Source: Candidatus Saccharimonadota bacterium (lineage in GTDB: Bacteria; Patescibacteriota; Patescibacteriia; 2-12-FULL-60-25). Taken from it: a stretch of 32,000 bases of DNA. Shown here in pieces: positions 17,601 through 24,493 of this stretch. Position 1 is the stretch's first letter, and each line of letters starts with the position of its first letter. The notes below the pieces were generated by a model. The model worked only from the letters and a program-made list of their open reading frames with translations, had not been told where the DNA came from and did not search any database. The stretch lies in the NCBI GenBank assembly GCA_022843095.1, contig JALHOH010000002.1:240001-272000 (forward strand). The letters are read 5' to 3'. Both the position numbers and the translations under genes were made by a program.

Positions 17601-17999
17601 GCCAGCATGAATGGCTATAAGGTTTTGAAAATGTCCACTTTTTTCAAAGTCTAATGGATGCCAATGCGGCATATGTGCCAACCAATAAAAAACCGCTGTA
17701 CCTCCAAGGATAATCATCAGAACCAACCAGGAAGGATAGTAGAGTTGCTCGCCCAGATTCCTAAAGCGTTCAAACTTTATGCCACCCCACGTTTTGGAGA
17801 TATCCTTCCTTATTTTCGTCGTCAAAAGTTCAGATTTCTGTTTTTGTAACTTGACCCACATCCCTAGGATCAATCCGGCCAATATCAAACATCCTCCAAC
17901 TATCCAGGTAACTTTAAGGAAAATAAAAAACAGCAACCAGTTGTAGACACCAAAAAGGATAGTTAGAAAATTTGTTACATTCCAGCAAACGTCACACAT
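14658..17999 (-). CDS. Orphan 1113-aa polytopic membrane protein: about six N-terminal TM helices plus a ~890-aa soluble region of unknown function
   Basis: Uninterrupted 3.3 kb ORF whose ATG 17999 lies 6 nt after the HTH stop. TM segments include FLTILFGVYNWLLFFIFL, WIVGGCLILAGLILGMWV, WLVLMIILGGTAVFYWLA, LIAIHAGVGAVIFALLIFVA, FPLTVTEIASFFIYIWG and WAIVPTIIVAILTVASLWRLLVVLL. I saw no P-loop (no GK[ST]) and no HExxH. No family recognised. Confidence 0.85.
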   Translation of the reverse strand: MCDVCWNVTNFLTILFGVYNWLLFFIFLKVTWIVGGCLILAGLILGMWVKLQKQKSELLTTKIRKDISKTWGGIKFERFRNLGEQLYYPSWLVLMIILGGTAVFYWLAHMPHWHPLDFEKSGHFQNLIAIHAGVGAVIFALLIFVAESVRDDEAKDRARVLLRESFLFPLTVTEIASFFIYIWGDVNVWAIVPTIIVAILTVASLWRLLVVLLDKAKFSAKRTALLKDRIDRSINKAAEERIGNSIFLKSLEENKAGLDFYPFSLDQEESGERFQVRTEKRGYIVDIKMDRLYELAKFLETAANKNGYSFYPNKTELTYAGDSSTVGKRRDSYKQAKLYVHKKFQDRISEDSNLLFSFDKDAIKSDSALRDAEHLARSVFSIKSQDSFSDEMRLELASLNGQLIIAIGEKRADRIEELKKIYIDLAESFLAAMKKYGGGYTYDQAVKERSTLFGGWDEIRWLFESVRDICTKAIQSNDRKTFYDLAYLPIAIAGRAIESGDQYLFQEFIVFPYLLYLTVLEERDSKITDAVVERTWRYLKETADYRLGYQIDKKAGDPKTLLEFNDFFVPIFVTFQSILKAAFDARREEDFKTFLLQFFEVFHNFHPSHEHPRAENLRYSFQEATDPAQRAEIEKRLALQEAKEKIERDVEVRRNQVTFGLSAFIFDDCKKNPDDTVIKNFVLACISYLPKDINKLTLLYQSTRSFETERIWNWDHWESIPDGRVHEIYFLGKLDRLYCAVALLLLKSMNDQQVKAIALPTSREFAFLAERGGNDRGLITILDAIASDPTQWPILDQQAISKVNALKELFQGARKQQEYDEQEMLKTVAIDPEKLEEFKAKIEKTFSENGVLRPLLVSMGLFSDKSHALPDEHIDSWGYNQLDQKAGFIKNWYVHFAGWGDTYGEGMANSEDQFIFEGMLNQASPCTQVTQENFVSQLEAVLQTQKISNPVILETLDYRLENAIFNHPNFTPHFREGAAKSSFSGCKEYRGLLRVNGVDIPVIDLFAQKDELQNKIVVVDLKSFFKLIQYSPINKPEDEKFRHGFFYLNVADLNQDDELRNKILLENPAWLKQHPDPEGYLRQQVVVKVFQKLKLQILNKDAIHAFTIEVAAE

Positions 18000-18005
18000 A
18001 TGCGA

Positions 18006-18194
18006 CTACATTTCATGCTCCTTCAGGAACTTTGTGAAAGCCTCTTTCGTTACTCGAAACTCTTTCCCAAACTTATAGGCGTCCAAGCGGCCAGCTTTAA
18101 TATAGCGATAGATCGTCATTTCACTTACGCGTAGCTTTTCTGCAATCTCCGAGACAAGATAAAAGTCCGTCTTGGACGGGATTTCGACGGTCAT
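18006..18194 (-). CDS. Excisionase-family / MerR-like helix-turn-helix DNA-binding protein (62 aa)
   Basis: MTVEIPSKTDFYLVSEIAEKLRVSEMTIYRYIKAGRLDAYKFGKEFRVTKEAFTKFLKEHEM matches the HTH_17/excisionase pattern (..T..E.A..L.VS..T.YR.I..G.L.A.K.G...RI....). Trimmed to ATG 18194, 4 nt after the mod stop. Confidence 0.75.
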   Translation of the reverse strand: MTVEIPSKTDFYLVSEIAEKLRVSEMTIYRYIKAGRLDAYKFGKEFRVTKEAFTKFLKEHEM

Positions 18195-18198
18195 ATCA

Positions 18199-20172
18199 TT
18201 AAGCCACCCACAAATTATCGCCGAATATACGCTTGAGGTTCCACTTGCGCGTGGAATTAACGGATCGCTCAAGACAAATGAATCGCCGCTCTTTGAATGT
18301 TTCGAGCGCTTTTATCGTCTCGTCGTGAATACTTTCATCCAGACAAACTAGCGCTGTTTTTTCACCATCTGAAACATCCAGGACTTTATTCTTCTTGAAT
18401 TCCTTCATCGGCTTGGCAGTGAAATTCAAATCAAATCCATCCTTCAAAGCAATCTCAACCAGCAGTTCATCTGGTTTGAAGTCGAAAAGATGCGCTTGCT
18501 TGGATTTTTCCAAGTACGCTTCCCAAGCTTTTAACTTTTCTTCCTCCGTCATTTCCGAATCAACCTCAAACATGTTTTGAGGGAATAAAGATTTTGCAAG
18601 ACGAAGTGTTTTAAATCCGGTATCCACTTCGGGTTTTTCTTCTTTAATCTTGGCACCGGCTCGCTTTACGCGTTCGATGGTGATTTGAGAAATTGTCTTA
18701 TAGCCCGCTTTGAACGCTTCGCTTTTCTCATCTGTGGCTTCAGGGAGTTGAACTAGAATAAATTTACGGTTGCCATTGTCTTCTTTGTTCAGTTCCATAA
18801 TTGAATGCCCAATGGTTCCTGATCCCGCAAAAAAATCTAAAATCAAATCATCACTTTTAGTACAAAACTCCACAACATCCTTTAATACTAACTCATCTTT
18901 TGGATGCTCAAAATAATCGCCGCCCATAAGCTCGCGAAGACGTTTGGTGGCTGCGCGACCATCCTGATAAAAGACACTGTAAGGAACCTGCGTTTCTCTA
19001 TCCTTCAAGTAAGTTTTGATACAGGGCACCGATGTCTCATCCGGTCCGAAATGCACTCTATTATCAACGATTGCTTCGAGCATTTTGTCGGGTGAACCAA
19101 ACATCCAGCCACGGGAAGGCACCTTGCATGGTTTTTTTGTAACCGGGTGGAGTACTTCATATGTTGGACCTCCACCGCCGGGCCATGAAATATCTGCCGC
19201 AAAGTAGATGCCTTTTTCATCCACATGGCTATAGTGGCTATGGTTTTTTGCAGGATCTGTATTGTCTAAACCCGCATACCAATTAGATAAACCTAGCTCA
19301 ATTGATTTAAAGTCGTTCTTGAATTTCTTTTTTAATTTCTCATATGCCGAATAGATCGCTTCCAGCCCCTTCTTTCGATGTCTCCATGTAATATCATTTT
19401 CAATGAGTTCAATCGAATTCTTTACATAGCAGACTAGATATTCATGCGATATAGAAATGAATCGGGAGTCGTTTTTTCTTCCTCCGCTCCATACTAATTG
19501 CGCAATAAGGTTCTCTTCTCCAAAAATTTCGTCAGCCAGCTTCCGCAAATTGTGAACTTCGTGGTCATCGATGCTCACAAAAATAACACCATCGTCTCGC
19601 AGTAAATTTCTCGCCAATAACAACCGGCTTTGCATCATCGAAAGCCAATTCGAATGATAGCGGCCGCTTGATTCGGTATTCGTATCAACGCGCACCCCCT
19701 CCTGCATCACACCGCCTTTTTCCCAATACGCCTGTTTTGATTCTGAATAATCATCCGGATAGACAAAATCATGACCTGTGTTGTACGGCGGATCGATGTA
19801 AATCATTTTCACCTTTTTGAAGTACGAGGATTGGAGCAGCTTCAGCACTTCCAAATTCTCGCCTTCAATGATGAGATTCTGCGTCGTATCAAAATCTACG
19901 CTCCGTTCTTTGTCCGGAACGAGGCGCGCTTTACTTGGCGTGAACGCAAAGCGCTTGGAAGCTGTTTTGCCAGTCCAAGGAAACGCATAACGCTCCACCT
20001 CTGGTTTCGAGTAGTCATCGACGAGAGCCTGTAGCTCTTTAGCATTCAATGTATTTCCTTCGCCGAAAAGCGCAGGATAAATCTCGCGCATTTTCTCGAT
20101 CATCTCTTTGCGAACATCCTTGCTCGTAGCAGGGATCTGGTTCAGAGAAATTCCTTCGTTCTTTTTAGTCAT
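18199..20172 (-). CDS. mod: Type III restriction-modification Mod subunit (N6-adenine DNA methyltransferase, beta class)
   Basis: NLIIEGENLEVLKLL, MIYIDPPYNTG (motif IV DPPY), a central variable region, then DFFAGSGTIGHS (FxGxG SAM motif). The motif order IV..I is typical of Type III Mod. Confidence 0.9.
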   Translation of the reverse strand: MTKKNEGISLNQIPATSKDVRKEMIEKMREIYPALFGEGNTLNAKELQALVDDYSKPEVERYAFPWTGKTASKRFAFTPSKARLVPDKERSVDFDTTQNLIIEGENLEVLKLLQSSYFKKVKMIYIDPPYNTGHDFVYPDDYSESKQAYWEKGGVMQEGVRVDTNTESSGRYHSNWLSMMQSRLLLARNLLRDDGVIFVSIDDHEVHNLRKLADEIFGEENLIAQLVWSGGRKNDSRFISISHEYLVCYVKNSIELIENDITWRHRKKGLEAIYSAYEKLKKKFKNDFKSIELGLSNWYAGLDNTDPAKNHSHYSHVDEKGIYFAADISWPGGGGPTYEVLHPVTKKPCKVPSRGWMFGSPDKMLEAIVDNRVHFGPDETSVPCIKTYLKDRETQVPYSVFYQDGRAATKRLRELMGGDYFEHPKDELVLKDVVEFCTKSDDLILDFFAGSGTIGHSIMELNKEDNGNRKFILVQLPEATDEKSEAFKAGYKTISQITIERVKRAGAKIKEEKPEVDTGFKTLRLAKSLFPQNMFEVDSEMTEEEKLKAWEAYLEKSKQAHLFDFKPDELLVEIALKDGFDLNFTAKPMKEFKKNKVLDVSDGEKTALVCLDESIHDETIKALETFKERRFICLERSVNSTRKWNLKRIFGDNLWVA

Positions 20173-20180
20173 ATGTATAG

Positions 20181-21035
20181 TTATTTTGACGACTTCTTCT
20201 TTCCAGAAATCCGCTTTGGCTCCGACTTGCGCGGCAGGACGCCGATCTTGCGACGTACTAAATCTTTAATGTGTTCCTCGGCCGGCAATTCTTCCGGCAT
20301 CGTGCCGCCGATTTGTTCGATGGTTTTACGGACTTTGCTGCCAACGTCGTAATGCGTAGCACTTGCCGCATCTTCGCCCGTCACGCCATTCATTTTGAGC
20401 TTGGCATCCGTTTGCGTGATACGGAACAAATTCGCGGCCAGCTCCGTGGAACCTGCACGATCCAAAATGTCGTCGTGGCCGATGCCTTTCTTTTGTTTGA
20501 TATCTTCGGCGGTCAATCCATACAAACCGAGATAACCAGCGTTGTTGAACTTTCCAAAATTATCAACGCCCGCCTTCTTTGCCGTATCGAATAGTTGCTT
20601 GTTATGCGAAATGACCTGCTGGCGTGTAAACAGGCGCTTCCCATCGTCGTCCAATGTCTCGTAAAGCTCCTGTTTGCGCGTCTGAACGGCAAAATAGGCT
20701 TGCGCGAAGGCAATCTCCGGCTTCCGAGGATCGCCATTCTGGGCGATCAAATAACAAGCAAAGCGGGAAAGATGGTAATTAACGACTTTTCTTGCCGTTT
20801 TTGAGCCTATTTCGACCAATTTCGGGGCGTCCCGAAAATGGTCCTGAACCGCCTGCTTCGTGCTTACACAGGTGGCTTGAGCGCGCTTAACGGCATTATG
20901 GAAGTCTTCCCAACGGGAATACCCAAGAAGAGGCATTAACTCACGCGCCTCCCAATACTCGTAGCCGTGTTCATCCATCTTTTTGATGAATTCGAAGTCC
21001 TTATGCAGGGATGTGGGGATGATGGAGGTATCCAT
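20181..21035 (-). CDS. dinD: DNA-damage-inducible protein D (DinD) homologue
   Basis: Full-length resemblance to my recollection of E. coli DinD: YWEARELMPLLGYS, SRFACYLIAQNGDPRKPEIAFAQAYFAVQTRKQEL, RLF.R....HNKQL, DRAGSTELAANLFRITQTDAKLK, THYDVGSKVRKTIEQIGGTMPEELP. Confidence 0.85.
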   Translation of the reverse strand: MDTSIIPTSLHKDFEFIKKMDEHGYEYWEARELMPLLGYSRWEDFHNAVKRAQATCVSTKQAVQDHFRDAPKLVEIGSKTARKVVNYHLSRFACYLIAQNGDPRKPEIAFAQAYFAVQTRKQELYETLDDDGKRLFTRQQVISHNKQLFDTAKKAGVDNFGKFNNAGYLGLYGLTAEDIKQKKGIGHDDILDRAGSTELAANLFRITQTDAKLKMNGVTGEDAASATHYDVGSKVRKTIEQIGGTMPEELPAEEHIKDLVRRKIGVLPRKSEPKRISGKKKSSK

Positions 21036-21043
21036 AAATGAGA

Positions 21044-23662
21044 TTAAAAGATTTTCGTTTCCGTCGACTCGTTCGCCTTTTCCTTGAACGTCTCAAACGA
21101 ATCGATCGGGGCTAAATATTCTTTCAAACCGACCGCTTCGAAGTGCTTAACGGCGCAATCAATTTTCATGCGTTCGTCCGGCGCCAAATCTTCTTTCCGT
21201 TTCGTTCCTTTGGTTTCCACGACAAATTGATACGTGACTTCTGCACCATCTCCATCTAATGAACGCTTTTCAACCACAATCGCCCAATCCGGTTGATATT
21301 CACCGATAGGCGTTGGAACGGAATACCATTTCGGAAGCTTGAAAAAGAGTCGGATGCGATGATCGTTATCCAACTCCGCACCAAATCGACGCTCTACGTC
21401 ACTATCAATTTTCTCCGCGTCATATAGTCCTTTGTTCGGAGTCGCGACAATATCGCCGAGCGTATCATCAAGCTCTTTGAATAAACCGGGCGCAAAGCTT
21501 TCACCGGTCTGTTCATAACGAACAACCGTAACAAGCTCGCGATCAATAATACGCTTCATTCGTTCGGTGGCTTCCGTCATAAAGACAATCGGATTCTTGG
21601 TGACGTGTTGCGGATTTCCAGCCTTAGATAAAATTTGGCGAACCGTATCAAAAGCGAGCCCGGTTTGATCGGAAATCTCATTCACCGGATCAATTGATGC
21701 CTTAACACCATTCGCCGAACGCGGATCCGCCGCTCCCACATATTCATTCCAAAGTTTTGGCGCATATTCACGACCAAGGGTTGTGATGCGATTCAATTCA
21801 ACGTTGATTGACGGGGCTGGTACACGAATCGTTCCGACTTCTTCCGCACAACGCTTGATAATAGATTCTTCATTAAAGACGGCTGACCATGAAGTTTTGA
21901 GAGCAATGCGCTTCCACAATTCAGAGAAGTCTTTGCTTTCAAATTTCGCCTTGTTCAAACGCAACTTCTTTGATTGAGCTTTCGCGTCACGGACTTTCGG
22001 CGCTTGCGCCTCGGTTCCGTATTCCTCGGACAACTCTTGCTGATACTGTTCCGCGAATGCGTGGTAACTCTGGTTTGCGATAACGGTGAGCAAGTTTACC
22101 TCTTGGCCTTCGTGTACATCAGCCGCATCTCGAAAGCGATCTCCATTTCGATCCACGCAGATACGAAGACCGCGCCCAAGCTCTTGCCGTTTTTTTACGG
22201 AACTTTTTGTTTCGTTTAACGTACAAATATTGAAAATATTCGGATTGTCCCAACCTACGCCAAGCGCGGAGTGTGAGAAGATGAATTCTAAGGGATTTTC
22301 CAAATCCAACAGCCGTTCTTTGTCTTTCAAGATGAGCTGATACGCCTCGCTATTTTTACTCATGGAAGCCTCGTTATCCGTCCACTCACCCTTACCTGTC
22401 TGAGCAAAATATCCGTTATGGATGGCTTCGATATTTTTTGGTTCATCCTTGTATCGTTTTTGATATTCCTCACGATACATTTCAATGAACAACCGACGAA
22501 TTTTTCCATCTTCGTTTACATAATTTGAGACGCGGTCAATAAAAAACAACGAAAGAACTTTGATGCCTAGTGGCACGCGAATATCCTTTTTCTCAAAGTG
22601 CTTTTTGATGGTGTGGCGAATCTGTTCACGGAATAAGTCCTCATTATCGCGGCTGCCAGCGCCCTTAACGAGCACGCTTCCGTTGGTGAATTTAATTTTA
22701 TCTTGCCCATCCTCCATGTCGCGCCAAATACGTTCGATAATCAGACCTCGATACGCTGGATTGCCAGTTTCAACGGATAAATCATCGCATACCTCGACTT
22801 TCCCAGGCTTCAATGGACTTCCACATTTCAATCGATGCGTCATGAAAGTGCCGTCTGCATTTTTCTTATTCACGATCAGCCAGGTGTACGGCTGTCCATT
22901 CCCTCCCGGGAATATGATATCGTCCACCACGATATCATCGGTCGTATTATCTACGGTCGTGGATAATACCTCGACGCGCTTCACTAACGACTTCTCATAC
23001 GCGTCAAACGGCGTGAGTCGGTAAACCACATTCTTTGGCTCCGTATGCGTAGCAGAGTAACGAAGCTTGAATAGCGGATTAAGCGAGCTTAACCCCTGCT
23101 CTGATTTTTTCGTTCCCATGCCGACCTGCGGCTCATCCATCACAATAATCGGGAACGTCTGTTTGATGAGATCAATCATCCGGACTCCATGCGTGCTATC
23201 GCGCTCCTGGGAAATAATTCTATCTTCCGCATTGAATGATTGAATATTCATTACCATGATCTGGAGCGTGTTCGCTTCGCAAAACGCTTTTACCTGCGCC
23301 AACTTCTTACTGTCGTACCCAAAATATTCAAATGGGATCGAATACATTTCCTTGAAGTGCGTCCGTGTCATCTCGAGTGTTTTGAGCACACCTTCACGAA
23401 CCGGAATGCTTGGGACAACGATAATGAACTTCGAAAGACCGTAAGCGCGATGCAAATCAAAAATCGTTCGAAGGTATACGTAGGTTTTTCCCGTTCCCGT
23501 TTCCATCTCTATGGAAAAATCCATCTCCTCTGTTTTGTGTGCATCTTTGTCCGAGATTTTGTGTTCAGCGAGGATCACGTCTCGGTTCTGTAAGATTCGT
23601 TCAGGTGAGAGTGAGAGAACATTGGCATGGACTTCGGCGAACACGTTGTCACGCGCCTTCAA
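21044..23662 (-). CDS. res: Type III restriction endonuclease Res subunit, main frame (helicase plus PD-(D/E)xK nuclease). The N-terminal 26 codons are displaced into another frame.
   Basis: Helicase motifs IEMETGTGKT (I), IVMDEPQ (II), RYSATH (III) and QELGRGLRI (VI), plus a C-terminal nuclease motif YQPDWAIVVEK...FVVETKG. The track ORF starts at a TTG (23662), not at the true N-terminus. Confidence 0.9.
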   Translation of the reverse strand: MKARDNVFAEVHANVLSLSPERILQNRDVILAEHKISDKDAHKTEEMDFSIEMETGTGKTYVYLRTIFDLHRAYGLSKFIIVVPSIPVREGVLKTLEMTRTHFKEMYSIPFEYFGYDSKKLAQVKAFCEANTLQIMVMNIQSFNAEDRIISQERDSTHGVRMIDLIKQTFPIIVMDEPQVGMGTKKSEQGLSSLNPLFKLRYSATHTEPKNVVYRLTPFDAYEKSLVKRVEVLSTTVDNTTDDIVVDDIIFPGGNGQPYTWLIVNKKNADGTFMTHRLKCGSPLKPGKVEVCDDLSVETGNPAYRGLIIERIWRDMEDGQDKIKFTNGSVLVKGAGSRDNEDLFREQIRHTIKKHFEKKDIRVPLGIKVLSLFFIDRVSNYVNEDGKIRRLFIEMYREEYQKRYKDEPKNIEAIHNGYFAQTGKGEWTDNEASMSKNSEAYQLILKDKERLLDLENPLEFIFSHSALGVGWDNPNIFNICTLNETKSSVKKRQELGRGLRICVDRNGDRFRDAADVHEGQEVNLLTVIANQSYHAFAEQYQQELSEEYGTEAQAPKVRDAKAQSKKLRLNKAKFESKDFSELWKRIALKTSWSAVFNEESIIKRCAEEVGTIRVPAPSINVELNRITTLGREYAPKLWNEYVGAADPRSANGVKASIDPVNEISDQTGLAFDTVRQILSKAGNPQHVTKNPIVFMTEATERMKRIIDRELVTVVRYEQTGESFAPGLFKELDDTLGDIVATPNKGLYDAEKIDSDVERRFGAELDNDHRIRLFFKLPKWYSVPTPIGEYQPDWAIVVEKRSLDGDGAEVTYQFVVETKGTKRKEDLAPDERMKIDCAVKHFEAVGLKEYLAPIDSFETFKEKANESTETKIF

Positions 23663-23729
23663 ATAATCGAACGATGGAATTCACCGCATCAAGCTGGTAT
23701 CCGAGATTGGCTTCAAAATGGAGCTTCAT
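23649..23729 (-). other. res: 26-codon ORF encoding the displaced canonical N-terminus of Res (frameshifted gene fragment)
   Basis: My translation gives ATG 23729 .. MKLHFEANLGYQLDAVNSIVRLFEGA, then TGA at 23651-23649. The M-K-L-x-F-x...Q.DA....V.LFEG pattern is the usual start of Type III Res proteins. The main frame is the +1 frame relative to it. Confidence 0.7.
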
Positions 23730-23743
23730 AAACGTTTGACAGT

Positions 23744-23772
23744 AGTTTACGTTGGCAACATCTAAGGGTCAA
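23744..23772 (-). promoter_or_regulatory. Candidate sigma70-type promoter of the res-dinD-mod-HTH-membrane protein operon
   Basis: On the minus strand: TTGACC (23772-23767), a 17-nt spacer, then TAAACT (23749-23744). The -10 ends ~14 nt upstream of ATG 23729. Sequence pattern only. Confidence 0.35.
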
Positions 23773-23954
23773 TCGTTTTCGTCAAGCATCAGCGCACGAT
23801 TTTTGAGTTGTTTTATGTTCGCCAGACATCCTTGTGGATATCTCCCGCTTCTCTAGGAGAGCTTTGGATGTCGTGCGTGACATGGCGAACGAAACGCATA
23901 CGTACACCAAACTGCAGACGATGTTTGACGTAGTCTCACAGCCGCCGTTGAGTG

Positions 23955-24460
23955 GGGCGTGCTCAATACCATTCCGCGCTTGAATAGCAGGACGTGGATT
24001 TTCGCCAGCGTACAGTCACAGTCCACCGCGCAAATGTCGGCGGACACATTGGTACTCCGAAGAATAGACGTATTCGATAAGTGCCCCTCACGAATGAAGT
24101 CATCAATAAGCTCAAATCTCTGAACAACGAGTCCAAGCTTATCTTCCACCGCGCTGGCAAACGACTCATTTACTGGCCGTCGCTCTGTTTCCTTCAGCGA
24201 ACCTGTAAACGCGCTAATATCAGTCCAATCGATGGCACACGCTTCGTCATACGTTCACATCGCATCTCGCTCCAGAATTGCTACGCGATACGATCAACTC
24301 CTTGGACGCGTCACAAACCTTGAAAGTTTGGGCAATAGGTGGTCAACGCGACGTTACCGTCACAACCAATCAACCTCGCGCCTCCTTCGCAGCCCGGGTT
24401 CCTCACGAGTGTCGCCGGCACTCGTTCGGATCCCCTTCGAATCCATTACCACTCGCATAA
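23955..24460 (+). pseudogene. Tyrosine recombinase (phage-type integrase) remnant: catalytic domain only, with in-frame stops and several frameshifts
   Basis: Pieces are spread over three + frames: ..LNTIPR.. / ..ALE*QDVDFRQRTVTVHRANVGGHIGTPKNRRIR*VPLTNEVINKLKSL..KLIFHRAGKRL....CKRANI / WHTLRHTFTSHLA / ..DQLLGRV....RRYRH. These correspond to integrase boxes (R, W.D.DF, TPK, H-x-L-R-H-T-F, LLGH, Y). The N-terminal domain is missing because the res promoter starts ~180 nt upstream. Confidence 0.75.
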
Positions 24461-24493
24461 AATAAGACCCGCATTATAGCGGGTCTTATTTTA
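24461..24493. terminator. Bidirectional Rho-independent terminator between the integrase remnant and the tRNA
   Basis: AATAAGACCCGC (24461-24472) / GCGGGTCTTATT (24479-24490) form a perfect 12-bp stem with a 6-nt loop, and T-rich sequence flanks it on both strands. Confidence 0.75.

Larger units (their letters stand above)
13443..24493. mobile_element. About 11 kb integrated genomic island (defence island) at the 3' end of tRNA-Ser(GGA), probably immobilised by integrase decay
   Basis: Abrupt composition change: sampled 60-nt lines are about 43% GC inside versus about 60% outside, and the integrase remnant is ~50%. A tyrosine-integrase remnant lies directly beside the tRNA 3' end. The cargo consists of R-M and nuclease-type genes. 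No att direct repeat was found by eye, so the exact ends are approximate. Confidence 0.7.

Noticed and set aside
18199-20172. Simple-sequence repeat tract in mod or res (phase variation typical of some Type III systems)
   Set aside because: I found no tetra- or pentanucleotide or long homopolymer tract in the 5' parts of mod or res on reading. The frameshift site in res is not in a repeat.
23649-23651. UGA recoding (genetic code 4/25) as the explanation for the in-frame TGA in res
   Set aside because: Reading through the TGA in the same frame gives QRVRRSPCQCSLTLT followed by further TGAs and no helicase motifs. The ETGTGKT motif is in the +1 frame. Other genes in the window also end cleanly at TGA.
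23853-24169. Minus-strand ORFs (98 aa, 68 aa) in the integrase remnant
   Set aside because: They lie antisense to recognisable integrase boxes on the + strand and have no features of their own.
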